Shown here: positions 51,985-64,000 of the stretch, in pieces
Numbering within the stretch: position 1 is the stretch's first letter
How the letters are laid out: each line of letters starts with the position of its first letter
NCBI RefSeq assembly: GCF_004010195.1
Contig: NC_057728.1
Span: 47,976,043-48,040,042 of the forward strand
Origin: Chiloscyllium plagiosum
Lineage: Eukaryota
Length of the DNA stretch: 64,000 bases
Reading direction: 5' to 3'
Notes under the pieces: generated by a model
The model's input: only the letters and a program-made list of their open reading frames with translations
Database searches by the model: none
Told to the model about the DNA's origin: nothing
Position numbers and translations under genes: made by a program

Positions 51985-53765
51985 TTTTAATTCATTTGTG
52001 GAATGTGGGTGTCATTGGCTGGCCAGCATTTATTGCCCAAATCTAGTTGCCCTTGAAGGTGGTGGTGAGTTGCCTTTTTGAACCGCTGCTGTGGGTTGAC
52101 CCACAATACTATTAAGGGAGGGAATTTGAGGATTTTCACCCAGCAACAGTGAAGGATCAGCGATATATTTCCAAGTCAGGAGGGTGAGGGTGAGGGTGGT
52201 GGTGTTCCCATGTATATGTTGCCCTTGTCCTTTAGGTGGAAATGGTCATGGGTTTGGAAGTACTATCTGACGATCTCTGGTGAATTTCTTCAGAGCATCT
52301 TGTCGATAGTACACACTGCTACTACTGAGCGTTGGTGATAAAGGGTTTGAATGTTTGTAGACGTTTTGCCAATCAAGAGGGTGGTTTGTCCTGGATGGTG
52401 TCAAACTTCTTGAGTGCTGTTGGAGCTGCACTCATCTGGGCAAATGGGTAGTATTCCATCACACTCTTGTGCCATGTAGATGGTAGATAGGCTTTAGGGA
52501 GTCAAAACGTGGGGTGCTGGAAAAGCACAGCCAGTCAGGCAACATCCAAGGAGGACGAAAGTCAACGTTTTGAACATAAGCTCTTCATCAGAAATGTGGG
52601 GTGGGGGTGGCAAGGGGGCTGAGAGATAAATGGAAGGAAAGTGGGGCTGAGGGGAAGGTAGCTAAGAATGTGATAGGTTAATGAAGTTGGTGGGATGATG
52701 GTGATAGGTTGGAGTGGAGGGTGGAGTGGATAGGTGAGAAGGAAGATGAACAAGTAGGACAGTTCAAGAGGGCGGTGCCAAGTTGGAGGGTTGGATCTGC
52801 GATAAGGTGAGGAGAGGGAAGATTAGGAAACTGGTGAAATCGACATTGATCCCATGTGGCTGGAGGGTCCCAAGGTGGAAGATGAGATGTTCTTCTTCCA
52901 GGCATCAGGTGGCTAGAATTTGAGGTGTAGGAGGTCCAGGACTTGCATGTCCTTGGCGGAGTGGGAGAGGGAGTTTTAGTGTTCGGCCACAGCACAGTGG
53001 GGTTGTTTAGTGCATGTGTCCCAGAGGTGTTCTCTGAAACATTCCGCAAGTTGGTGTCCTGGCTCCCCAATGTAGAGGAGAACACATCAAGAGCAATGGA
53101 CACAGTAGATGAGGTGTTTGGAGGTGCAGGAAAATCTCAGCCGCATTTGGAAGGATCCTTTGGGGCCTTGGATGGAGGTGAGGGGAGAGGTGTGGGCACA
53201 GGTTTTACACCTCTTGCAGTGGCAAGGGAAGCTGCCCTGACTGGAGCATGGGTTGGAGGGGGGCATGGACCTAACGAGGAAGTCGCAGAGGGAATGATCT
53301 CTGCAGATTGCAGATTGGGGTGGGGAGGGAAATATATGGTGGTGGGGTCTGATTGTAGGTGGCAGAAATGGCAGAGGATAAGGTGTTGTATCTGGAGGTT
53401 GGTGGGGTGGAAGGTGAGGACCAGGGGAGTTCTGTCCTTGTTGCAATGTGCAGGAAGTGGAGGAGATGCACTGGAGTCAGGAGGTGAGTTACTCACTGCA
53501 GTATTCCGATCCTCTGACCTGTTCTTGTAGCCACTGCGCTTGAATGGTGAATCCAGTTCAGTTTCTGGTCAATGGTAACCCCCAGGATGTTGGATAGAGG
53601 GGGATTCGGTGATGGTAACATAATTGAATGTCAAGTGGCGGTGGTTAGATTGTCTGTTATTGGAGATGGTCATTGCCTAGCATTTGTGTAGCCAAATGCC
53701 ACTTGTTACTTGCCACTTGTCAGCCCAAGCCTGGATATTTTCCTGATTTTATTGTATTTGAACAT
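51985..53765 (-). mobile_element. CR1/L2-class LINE 3' fragment split by a Penelope insertion
   Basis: LINE sequence at 51985-52504 resumes at ~53474; ggagtca is duplicated at the junctions. Confidence 0.75.
52505..53473 (-). mobile_element. Penelope-like element 3' part (GIY-YIG plus pLTR), degenerate
   Basis: NKDRTPLVLTFHPTNL, FPCHCKRCKTCAH and HLIYCVHCS..LLYIGE motifs on the minus strand; pLTR at 52505-52590. Confidence 0.88.
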
Positions 53766-54448
53766 TAGAGCCTAAATTTCATCCTTGATTTATGAAGTGA
53801 GGTTTTGGAGTATGACTTGAACCCACAATGTTCTGACTCAGAGACAAAACTGATTCTACTAAAATAAGCTCACTATTGAGAATTTCTGTTGGACTGAGTG
53901 ATATGGGTGTTCGAATTCTGCATTAATTGTAATTCTGAGATTGGCTTTGGTCACATTCCCAATGTTCATGATGCTGATCTGCTGATGTCACAATATCATC
54001 TCAGTTTGGACTTTCAGAGCTGAGTCCAATTTGTTTTGGCTAAGAGTGAGTTACATGAATTTTTTTTTAGAACAGTTTCTCGTCACAAGGGTCAGGAAAA
54101 TCTCTTGCCATATCTCACCAAATGCACCTCATTAACTACCAATCCCTCTGCTATGGGGTCCCTCAGGTTTGATTCCAGCCCATCTTAATACACACCTTTC
54201 TCCTTGTGAAAGAATCTGGGACCAGAGGTCATAACGTCAGAACAAGGAGTTGCCCTTATAAGATTAAGATGAGGAGGAATTTCTTCTCTCAGAGAGTAGG
54301 AATTCTTTACTGCAGAGAGCTGTTGAGGTTGGATTGTCAAGTATATTCAAAGCTGAGGTAACCTTGAAGAGAAAGAGAAGTGAGTTGAGGAATTTCAGAT
54401 CAGCTATGATCAAATTGAATGGATGGAGAAGACTCGATGGGCTAAATG

Positions 54449-54692
54449 AAAACTGAAAGAACTGCGGATGCTCTAAGTCAGAAACAAAAATAGAAATTGC
54501 TGGGAAAGCTCAGCAGGTCTGGCAGCATCTATGGAGAGAAATCAGAGTTAATGTTTCAGGTCGAGTGGCCCTTCCTCTGAACTGAAGAGTTTTGAGGAAG
54601 AGTTACTCGACCAAAACGTCCACTCTGATTTCTCTCCACAGATGCTGGCAAACCTGTTGAGCTTTTCCAGCAATTTCTATTTCTGTATCAAA
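54449..54692. mobile_element. Palindromic Penelope derivative (family D) inserted in a CR1 3' tail
   Basis: Arms 54487-54580 and 54590-54686 are reverse complements with degenerate hammerhead cores; TSD gggctaaatg at 54439-54448 and 54693-54702. Confidence 0.8.
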
Positions 54693-55117
54693 GGGCTAAA
54701 TGGCCTGCTTCTTCTCCTATGTCTTATGGTCTTATTGTCTGATAGTTTCCAGAGCAAATTACCACTCACTGGATATCTGCCAAATAACTGGCATCCCTTG
54801 TATCCATGCCATGTACAAAAGGTTATGTTGGCAATCCAGTTCCAGCCCCTACTAGCAATGTAATGGCACAGCAACCACAAAGCCATGCTGTCTATGGCCA
54901 ACATGGCCACCACTCCCTTACACATATCACACTATGTTCTCACCATCATTGCTGTTTAACCAGCACACCTCACGCTTTACCTGTCTGTAGTTATATCCCA
55001 CCGAAGCATCGTCACTAAGTCTCCACTGCTCTGTTCCCAATGTCCATTGTGGACCTACATCTATCATTGTCCAATAGAGAATGTTATATACTGATCACAC
55101 AAATCCAAACATGTCCA

Positions 55118-55828
55118 AGGGGTGGCACGGTGGCTCAATAGCTGGCACTGCTGTCTCACAGCACTAGGGACCCAGGTTTGATTCCAGTCTTAAGCTGTGT
55201 GAAGTTTGCACATTCACCCTGTGTCTGTGTGGTCTTCCTCCAGGTGCTCTGGTTTCCTCACACATTCCAAAGGTGGGCAGGTTAGGTGGACTGGCCATGC
55301 TAAATTGTCCAGGGATGTGTCGGTTGGGTGAATAATAGTGTTTATTTATTTATTCATGGGATGTGGGCATCACTGGCCAGGACAACATTTATTGCCCATC
55401 CCTAATTGTTCAGAGGGCAGTTAAGTGACAACCACATTGCTGTGTGTCTGGAGTCACATGTAGGCAGACCAGGTAAGGATGACAGTTACCTTCCCTGAAG
55501 AGTGTTAGACAACAAGATAGGTTTTTCTGACAATCAACAATGGCTTTTCATGGTCATCATTCGACTCTTATTTCCAGTTTTTTTAAATTGAATTCACATT
55601 CCACCATCTGCCACAGCTGGATTTGAACTCTCATTCCCAGAACATTAGCTGGGTCTCTAGATTAATAATCTAGCGATAATACCCCACTTGACTCCCCACT
55701 TGGTCATGGGATGTACAGGGTTAAAGGGAAAGTGTAAAGGGATGGGTCTGGGTAGGATGCTCTTTGGAGGGTTGTTGTGGACTCGATGGGCTAAATGATC
55801 TGCTTCCACTCTGTAGAGTTTCTGTGAT
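55118..55828 (+). mobile_element. HE1/V-type SINE with a second SINE nested in opposite orientation (~55345-55690)
   Basis: SINE head at 55118-55330 and its tail at ~55705-55828, separated by a minus-strand copy of the 50632 family. Confidence 0.75.
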
Positions 55829-56104
55829 TTATTGACAGCCAGTAAAAGGGAACATAGAAAAAACAATACAAGTTAGGGTTCACCTTGACAATGCAAACCA
55901 AATGCTGGCACTATAATGAAAGATCACTAAACATTCCATGATCGATCGTCTGCTGCATCCAACTCTCATCCATTGGAACTGAGTGTCAATGAGGTGCTGT
56001 CTGGCTTGTTGACCCAATGCAGCTGAGCTTTATCTTGGACAACCTCAGCTTCCTCCTTTCCAATGTCCTCCTCCTCCTCTGGAAGTGTACTCCCATTCAC
56101 TCAG

Positions 56105-56700
56105 TTCTTCAGGATCCAGCAGAATATGCCAGGATGATATGGTACACTCTGTCTGGATTGTACTCATGGGGCAGCCCACACAGATTGGACTGATCTATCC
56201 TGTGGAACCACATCTTCAACAGCCCCATTATCTGCTCCATCACATCCCTAGTCAAAGTGTGGCTGGTATTGTATCTGAACTCACCTCAGTCAGAGAGTTC
56301 TCAATGGTTATGACCATGGCCATATTGAATAACCTTTGTACCCCAGTAAAGCACATGGACCCTCAAACACACCAGGTACACAAGCGTGCACCATGATGTG
56401 GGAATTATGACAGCTGCCAGGGTAGCAGGCACACACCTCAGGAAGTGGCAACATGATCACAGATTATCTCAATGTTTATCAAATAAATTCCATTCTTGTT
56501 GATCAATTCCACTGCATTTGAAACAGCCCTCACAATGTCAAATGCGTGCAGTCAATGGCACACTGCACATGGGGGACACAGCCAGGTTCCAGAATCCAAC
56601 GGCCTGGGCTGCAGCACTGACCTCGAAATGGGGAAATGAAATGAAATGGTGTGATCTTGCACAGATGGAATTAGTCAGCTTCCTGATGCATGTATGTGTA
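56105..56700 (-). mobile_element. PIF/Harbinger DDE transposase fossil
   Basis: Minus-strand fragments CIRKLTNSICARSHHFISFP, PHVQCAIDCTHL, INKNGIYLINIEIICDH, VCACYPGSCHNS and EQIMGLLKMWF..YNPDRVYHIILA follow the HARBI-type motif order (GAIDCTH / NRKG..SLNVQ / YPGS.HDS / IE..FG.LK.RF); stops and frameshifts present. Confidence 0.85.
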
Positions 56701-56731
56701 TGTATGACTGAGAGATCCCACACAAATCACC

Positions 56732-57280
56732 TGTCACACCCTGAAAAGTAGAGTTAAAGTTAAAATCACATCAGTCCTGATCTTATTGAGTGGTGGTGCA
56801 GGTTCAAAGGACTGACTCTTGTTCCTTGTTTGTACATTCATAAGTGAAGAACCTGGAAAAAAGAGATTGAAGAGCAGAAAGTCCTGGCAAGCCAAAAGGG
56901 TCACCTGTCAACCCTATAGAACTGGTGCTAGTAAACTGTGGTTCCCAGTTCCACCCTGACCCCCTCCGCCCTCATAAAACAAATGTTCGTTGGTCTGTGT
57001 CTGTCTCTATGTGTATGTAGGGTTTTAAAAGGGATCTAGTCTATTAACAAGTAGAGCCACATGTTGCTAGTTCAGCGGTGTTTACTCGTGACTAGAATTT
57101 GCTTATTTGTAATGAACTGTAGTTCTTAGTAAGTACAGGAACCCAGCCAGTATTTATGATTAACTTAATTCCATCAGACAAGTAAACCAGGGACTTTGCC
57201 TACTTTTATTAATTTTTGTGGTAACTCTGGGGAATAGTGGGGCATTAGAATCAGTGAACATTCCCAAGTGAATCATTACA
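56732..57280 (+). mobile_element. Possible solo LTR
   Basis: TGT...ACA termini and LTR-like composition; no TSD confirmed. Confidence 0.35.
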
Positions 57281-58544
57281 ATAGAAGGATAGAAATGGGC
57301 AATCTTAATGATGGTGTGAATATACTGTCAGACATTTATCCCTGGGTCAAATGTGACAAAAAGATTGGTTTAATTTCAAGCTATTGCCAAAAAGTGGGCA
57401 AGAGTTAATAGTTAGGGAACGGAGTTTGGAGAGAGTACTGAAAATAATGGTTTTAATCCTCCCAGTGGAAATCACAATGAGTGATTGTTCCTCTCCCAAC
57501 CTGCCCCTATCCACAGGTGGATTTGAGAATCAGAAAACATCCTGCCCCATGTCCCCTCGTTCTAGATGTTCCAGCCAGGGGAATCAGCTTCTCATTGCCT
57601 ACCCTATCAATTAATAGATTACCTGTAGTGAGTTAACACTAATGCCTGCACTGCTTTTCCATTCTAAAATTCATCTGCTTTCCTGTTGCATAATATGGAT
57701 ACTTTGTATTGCTTCAAGCTAGCACTGTTTGCAAAAAAAAAAGAATCTTCAACCAAATCTTTGCATGGAAACAAAAATTCTAGCGTTCTGAAAACATGAG
57801 CAGGAATTGCATTGGATAGTCAAACAAACAGAAGCAGAATCAGTTTTAGTGCTTTTGAAAATGAAAATTTAAACATCTTCAAAGTAGATTGTTTATAAGC
57901 ATTCTAATTTCTCAGAACTTTAGATTGGAATTGCATGACAGTTGCTATGCAAAATTAGAAGCACAAACCTCAAGATAAAAGTGTTGACAAGTACTGCTCC
58001 CATCTGAGAAACAATATCAATATTACTTCCACTTAATTTTGTACGGAACATTGGCAGTAACGTTTCTACAATCCATCAAGATGGTGATTTCCTTCCCTAG
58101 AAACACAATATAATCAAATAGGAACTCAAGAGACATTTTATGTGCAGAAGAAGTAAGATACTGATAATTAACATTGCAGGCATAGCTCTAACAGCAGGAA
58201 ACACGTTTTATGTTCTAATCTGCTCAGGAAGAGGTTTCATAATCAGTCTTACCTAGAGGTATGCAGATGCATTTTAATTGCAATTCAACATTTAACCTTT
58301 CCATCCTCAAAAAGGTATCAGCCATTTCCTGTTTTGTGATAATTACCGAGGCAACTGTTTGTAATTTGCAACATTTATGCTTGTCACAGACTTCGCCCTG
58401 TTCATCTTCCAGTGTGAATTGAAGGTCATTTCAAAAGCTAACAGAGATTAATCAAATATTTAAAACCCATGCCCTTGTTTAGTGTCTCATGTTGCATCCA
58501 ATTCTAAATTTCAAACTTCAACAAATCAAGTAATGTTTAAGACG

Positions 58545-58668
58545 TAAAAATAGAAAGTGCTCAAGAAACTCAGCAGGTCTGGCGGCATCTGTGCGGAGAG
58601 AAACAGAGTTAACCTTTTGAGTTCTCTTGCTCTGACCACTTTCTGATTTCACTTCCAATCTCCAGCAA
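58545..58668. mobile_element. Penelope pLTR fragment (family D)
   Basis: gaaactcagcaggtctggcggcatctgtgcggagagaaacagagttaac with a short inverted remnant. Confidence 0.65.
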
Positions 58669-60339
58669 GTACTTTGCAAGTATTCCCGACAAGTTACATT
58701 AATATCTTCCTGCAGAGCAAACGGATGTATTTGTTTTAAAGACTAAAAGACAAAAGACATTAATACCTATCTGTAGATCAAACTGATGTGTTTGTTCTGA
58801 AGGCTTAAAGACAAATGTTTATGGCCATCAGTTTTGACTCTGTAGTGCTAATCGAGACAGCTTTTCTGTAAGCCTGGGCAGACAAAGATGGCAGCCAAAG
58901 CACTGTAGCAGAGTGGGTCCAGTATGATGTCTGTTGTTGGTGTGCTGAAGAAATGTTGGAATTGAAATATTACTGAATGTTTTCTACAAGGCAGGCAGAA
59001 TAATAATTGACCTTTAACAATTGTCAGTAGAAAGCCTGCTGGGCATGTGCGTGTTGATACTGGCTGTTTGAGGCTGCAATACAATGGTTAGAGGGACATT
59101 TTCTTGGATGTTTTTGTGGATGGCAAATGGTATATCCTCAGTCATTTATGGCTGTATAACATGGTGCACCATTTCCTTGAAAGGACTTGAGACACTAGCA
59201 GAGTTGGTCCTTACTGAACCCCTTGTACTGCCCCCTGTTATAAATAACCTTTTCCTGTCTATTTGAGAGGAAGAACATTAGTGAGTGTTCTGCAAAATGT
59301 TTGAGGTGATTTTGCTGTCATAGCTGACTGGATGTGGGAGCTACAAGAGGAGCCTTGCAGTATTGGTATTTGTGTGAGAATGAGGTGAAGCAGTTAAGTG
59401 GTAGGTAGGCATGACCCTAATTGTTAGGGATTGCTGAAGGATGAATAATGAGGATATTGCACATGAAGTAGTGTGAAAGATTGATGGTGTGTGGGGATGT
59501 GTTGTTTTGGAAGATGCAATGGCTAGCTTTGACTATTCTCATGTAAGGTGACTCCAGGTCCTTAGGGTCAGACACCTAGATCTGTCTTTAGCCACCCAGT
59601 CTTTTGACTTTTCAGGTATACCTTGAGGGCCACATGGCCCCCTGCAGAAACATGCCATCTCTCCTTATTTTGATCCCCTGGGCTAACACTCTGGTCTGTT
59701 GCTTCATTGGAAGTGTCGAGCCATCTATCAACATCATCACTAACATTTCAACCAGTTATAGCAGGCTGAACGCACTTCCTGATTTAAGAGGGGTCAGCTG
59801 CTTTTTAAGAAATGCTGTGAATGCATATTTTGTGAACCTGGCAGCTAGCACTAGGCTGTTCTTTACAAATGTGTTGTCAGGAAAGGCCTACACCCACTTA
59901 CGGGCCACATTCAAGTTGCAGCTCTTCATATCATTGATTCCTTTCAGCAAGCTCGAACTAAATTAACTAAATAAATTGTTAGTGTAAAGGGTAAATGTTA
60001 AAGAACATTCTTCATGCAACAGAAGTTTTCAATTGCGAAATTCACCTGGAAGTAATGAAACAAATGGACAGTAATTGTTCATCATCTTCAAATGAAAGTT
60101 TCATAACTTCTCCTTCATGAAACCTGTTTTTTTGTTGCGCCAAATACTTCAAATCTCCTGAGCACTTCTGAAATTCTACATTTTGAGCATTGGAGACATT
60201 GTTAGCAGCTAACCAGGGTCCTTGATCAAAACATGAAATATGAAGTTTAACCTTAGCCTTTGGCAACATTTCTTCCTCTTACTTTGCCTCCTCCTCCTCT
60301 AACCAAAAAAAGGTTCTTTGAGTTGATTGGTCAGGGGAC

Positions 60340-63300
60340 AAGTATTTTCTTCTGTGTCTCATTTTTTCAGTGGTCTATTTGGGAATTTAGAACAGTGGGA
60401 ATGGAGGTTAGGGCAGTTGAATGTTCCTCCTACAGAATGTGGGAGATAAGGGTCACCACTAGTGTCCTTGCTGACTTCATTTGTGGGAAGTGCACCCAAC
60501 TTTAGCTCCTTGAGAACTGTGTTATGGAACTGGACCTGGAGCTAAATGAACTTTGGATCATATGGGAGGCGGAGGGGTTTTTTGAGAGGAGTTACAGGGT
60601 GGTAGTTACTCCACAGCCACCTGAAGAAGGTAGATGGGTTACCGTCAGGAATAGGAAAAGGAACCAGCAGGCAGTGCAAGGATCTCCTGCGGTGGTTCCC
60701 CTCAACAACAAGTATACCATTTTGGATATTATTGAGGGCGACGACTTACCAGGGGTAAGCAATGGGGCACAGGTCTCTGGTGCAGAGTCTGTGCCTGTTG
60801 CTCAGGGGGAAGAGGAGCAGAGCTTTAGTCATTGGGGACTTCATAGTTAGGGGGACAGATGGGAGGTTTTGTGGGAATAAGACACTCATTATTGGTGTGT
60901 TGCCTCCCATGTGCCAGTGTTTGTGATGTCTCTGATCGTGGTTTGGGGATCTTTAAGGTAGAGGGGGTGCAGCCCCAAGTCGTGGTCCACATAGGCACCA
61001 ACGACATAGGTAGGAAGAAAGGTGGGGATCTAAGGCAGAAATTCAGGGAGCTAAGGTGGAAGCTTAGAGCTAGAACAAACAGAATTGTTATCTTTGGTTT
61101 GTTGCCCGTGCTACGTGCTAGTGAAACGAGGAACAGGGAGAGGGCAGAGCTGAACACATGGCTGCAGGGATGGTGCAGGAGGGAGGGCTTTAGATTCTTG
61201 GATTATTGGACTCTTTCTGGGGACCTCTACAAACAGGATGGTCTTTACCTGAACCAGAGAGGTACCAATATCCTGGGAGGGGGAAATTGCTGATGCTGTT
61301 TGGGGTGGGGGTTTAAACTAATGCAGCAGAGGGATGGGAACCTGAATTGTAGTTCCAGAGTAAAGGAGTTTGAGGGTAGCGAGGTCAGGGATAGGTTTAC
61401 AAGGTCGCGAGAGGACACGGGCAATCAGGACCTTGGTTTGAAATACTTCAGTGCCAGGAGCATCTAGAATAAGGTGGGGGAACTTGCAGCATGGGTTGGT
61501 ACCTGGGATTTCAATGTTGTGGCCATTTCAGAGACATGGCTAGAGGAGGGACAGGAATGGTTGTTGCAGATTCTGGGATTCAGATGTTTCAGCAAGAACA
61601 GAGAAGATGGTAAAAGGGGGAGGGGACGTGTAGCATTGTTAAGGTAGTATTACAAAGGCAGTAATACAGCAGCTGAGATAACTTTTGAGGGATCATCCAC
61701 TGAGATAGTTTGGGCTAAGGTTAGAAATAGGAAAGAAGAGGTCACTCTGTTGGGAGTTTTCTATAGGCCTCCAAACTGTTGCAGGGATGTAGAGGAAAGC
61801 AGAACAAAGATGACTCTCAATAGGAGCGAGAGGAACAGGGTAGTTTTTAATGAAGGACTGTAACTTCCCCAGTATTGACTGGGAATACTATAGTTCAAGT
61901 AGTTTAGATGGGTCAGTTTTTTTTTCAATGTGTGCAGGAGGGTTTTCTGACACAGTGTGTAGACAGCCCAACAAGGGGCGATGTCATATTGGGGTTGAGA
62001 GTGTGGTGCTGGAAAAGCACAGCAGGTCAGGCAGCATCTGAGGAGCAGGAGAATTGATGTTTCGGGCGAAAGCCCTTCATCAATCCTCATCTCCTCCGTG
62101 ATACCATATTGGACTTGGTACTGGGGAACGAACCAGGCCAAGTGTTAGATTTGGAGGTTGGTGAACACGTTGACAATAGTGACCACAATTCAGTTATGTT
62201 TACAAGAGCAATGGGCAGGGATAGGTATATATTGCAGGGAAAGAGGTATAACTGGGGGAAAGGCAATTATGATGCGATTAGGCTAGATTTAGGATGCATA
62301 GGATGGGGAAGGAAACTGCAGGAGATGGACGCATTTGAAATGTGGAGCTTATTCATGGAACAGCTACTGCGGGTCCTTGAGAAGTATATACCTGTCAGGC
62401 AGGGAGGTAGTTGTCGAGAGAAGGAGCCATGGTTTATTAAAGAAGTTGAAGCTGTTGTCAAGAAGAAGAAGAAGAAGAAGGCTTATGTGAGGATGAGGTG
62501 TGAAGGCTCAGTTAGGGGGCTTGAGAGTTATAAGTTAGCCAGAAAAGATCTAAAGAGAGGGCTAAGAGTCAGGAGGGAACATGAGAAGATTTTGGTAGAT
62601 AGGATCAAGGAAAACACTAAGGCTTTCTACAGGATATCAGGAATACAAGAATGACTAGAGTAAGATTAGGGCCAATCAAAGATAGGAATGGGAAGTTGTG
62701 TGTGGAATCTGAGGACTTAGGGGAAATGCTTAAAGAATACTTTTTGTCAGTATTTACATTGGAAAAGGGCAATGTTAGTGTGAATACAGAGATACAGGCT
62801 ACAGGATTAGATGGGATTGAGATTGACAAAGAGAAGGGTTTAGCAATTTTGGAAGATCTGAAAATAGATGAGACCCTGGGATGGGTGGGATTTATCCTCT
62901 GATTCTCCAGGGAGGAGATTGCAGAGCCTTTGGCTTTGATCCTAATGTCATCATTGTTGACAGGAGTAGTGCCAGAAGACTGGAGGATAGCAAATGTTGT
63001 TCCCTTACCTAAGAAGGGGAGTTGAGACTTACTTCGGTTGTGGGTAAAATATTGGAAAAGGATATAAGAGATAGGATTTATAATAATTGGGAAAGGGATA
63101 ATTTGATTAGGGATAGTCAACATGGTTTTGTGAAGGGTAGGCCATGACTCACTAACCTTACTGAGTTCTTTGAGAAGGTGACAAAATAGGTGGATGAAGG
63201 TAAAGTGGTTGATATGGTGTATATTGGCTTCAGTAAGGCATTTGATAAGGTTGCACATGGTAGGCTATTGCACAAAATACTGAGTTTCAGGATTGATGGT

Positions 63301-64000
63301 GATTTAGTGGTTTGGATCAGAAATTGGCTAGCTGAAAGAAGACAGAGGTTGGTGGTTGATGGAAATATTCATCATGGTGCTCAGTTACCAGTGGTGTGCC
63401 GCAAGGATTTGTTTTAGGGCCACTTCTGTTTGTCATTTTTATAAATGATTTGGATGTGGGTGTAGAAGGATGGGTTAATCAGATGACACTAAGGTAGGCA
63501 GAGTTGTGTATAGTGCCGATGGATGTTGTGGGTTACAGAGACACATAGATACGATGAAGAGCTGGGCTGAGAAGTGGCAAATGGAGTTTAATGCCGAAAA
63601 GTGAGAGGTGATTCACTTTGGAAGAAGTAACAGGAATGCAGAGTACTCAGCTAATGGTAAAATTCTTGGCAGTGTAGATGAACAGAGAGATCTTGGAGTC
63701 CAGGTGCATAAATCCCTATAAGTTGCCTCCCAGGTTGATAGGGTTATTAAGAAGGCATATGGTGTGTTGGCGTTTATTGGTAGGGGATTGTGTTTTGGAG
63801 CCACATGGTCATGCTTCAGCTGTACAAGACACTGGTAAGGCCACACCTGAAGTGTTGTGTACTGGTCACTGCATTATAGGAAGGATGTGGAAATGTTGGA
63901 AAGGGTTCAGAGGAGATTTACTAGGATGTTGCCTGGTATGGAAGGAAGGTCTTACAAGAAAAGGCTGAGGGAACTGACGCTGTTATCCTTGGAGAGAAGA
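60340..64000 (+). mobile_element. Near full-length degenerate CR1 LINE (ORF1 Zn-finger plus SGNH esterase; ORF2 endonuclease plus RT), runs off the window
   Basis: ORF1: ECSSYRMW..FICGKCTQL, VVVHIGTNDIG, LYKQDGLYLNQRGT. ORF2: VVAISETWL, FYRPP, LDLVLGNE, SDHNSV, VDMVYIGFSKAFDKVAH. Many stops and frameshifts. Confidence 0.93.
61993..62099 (-). mobile_element. Penelope pLTR (family A) inserted in CR1 ORF2
   Basis: gtggtgctggaaaagcacagcaggtcaggcagcatc...tttcgggcgaaagcccttcatca; TSD-like gatgtcatattgg / gataccatattgg. Confidence 0.85.

Noticed and set aside
23897..64000. PTPRR exon 3 (expected to resemble TLQMDVNKLNITLLRIFRQGVAAALG)
   Set aside because: I found no such peptide with splice sites; it probably lies beyond the window, though I could have missed a divergent exon.

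Overview
This is eukaryotic, repeat-rich vertebrate DNA. The repeat content (HE1/V-type SINEs, CR1 LINEs, DeuSINEs, Penelope elements) suggests a cartilaginous fish, probably a shark; that is an inference. The only confidently identified host gene is the 5' end of PTPRR (receptor protein tyrosine phosphatase R) on the + strand. It has a CpG-island promoter at ~15.5-16.5 kb, coding exon 1 at 16035-16092 (signal peptide) and exon 2 at 23574-23896, and intron 2 runs off the end of the window. The ORF track misses the true start. The rest is mostly transposon remnants: many CR1 fragments (one near full-length at 60.4-64 kb), Penelope-like elements with GIY-YIG domains, a Harbinger transposase fossil, a TIR element and solo-LTR-like segments. 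The most striking structure is a dense set of Penelope-derived short elements, roughly 20 arms or fragments in about 4 sequence families. They carry minimal type-I hammerhead ribozyme cores, many are fold-back palindromes with 7-14 bp target-site duplications, and some are nested in one another. Hammerheads in Penelope repeats are a known class, so novelty would lie in these particular families and their arrangement. There is one assembly gap at 4663-5325.
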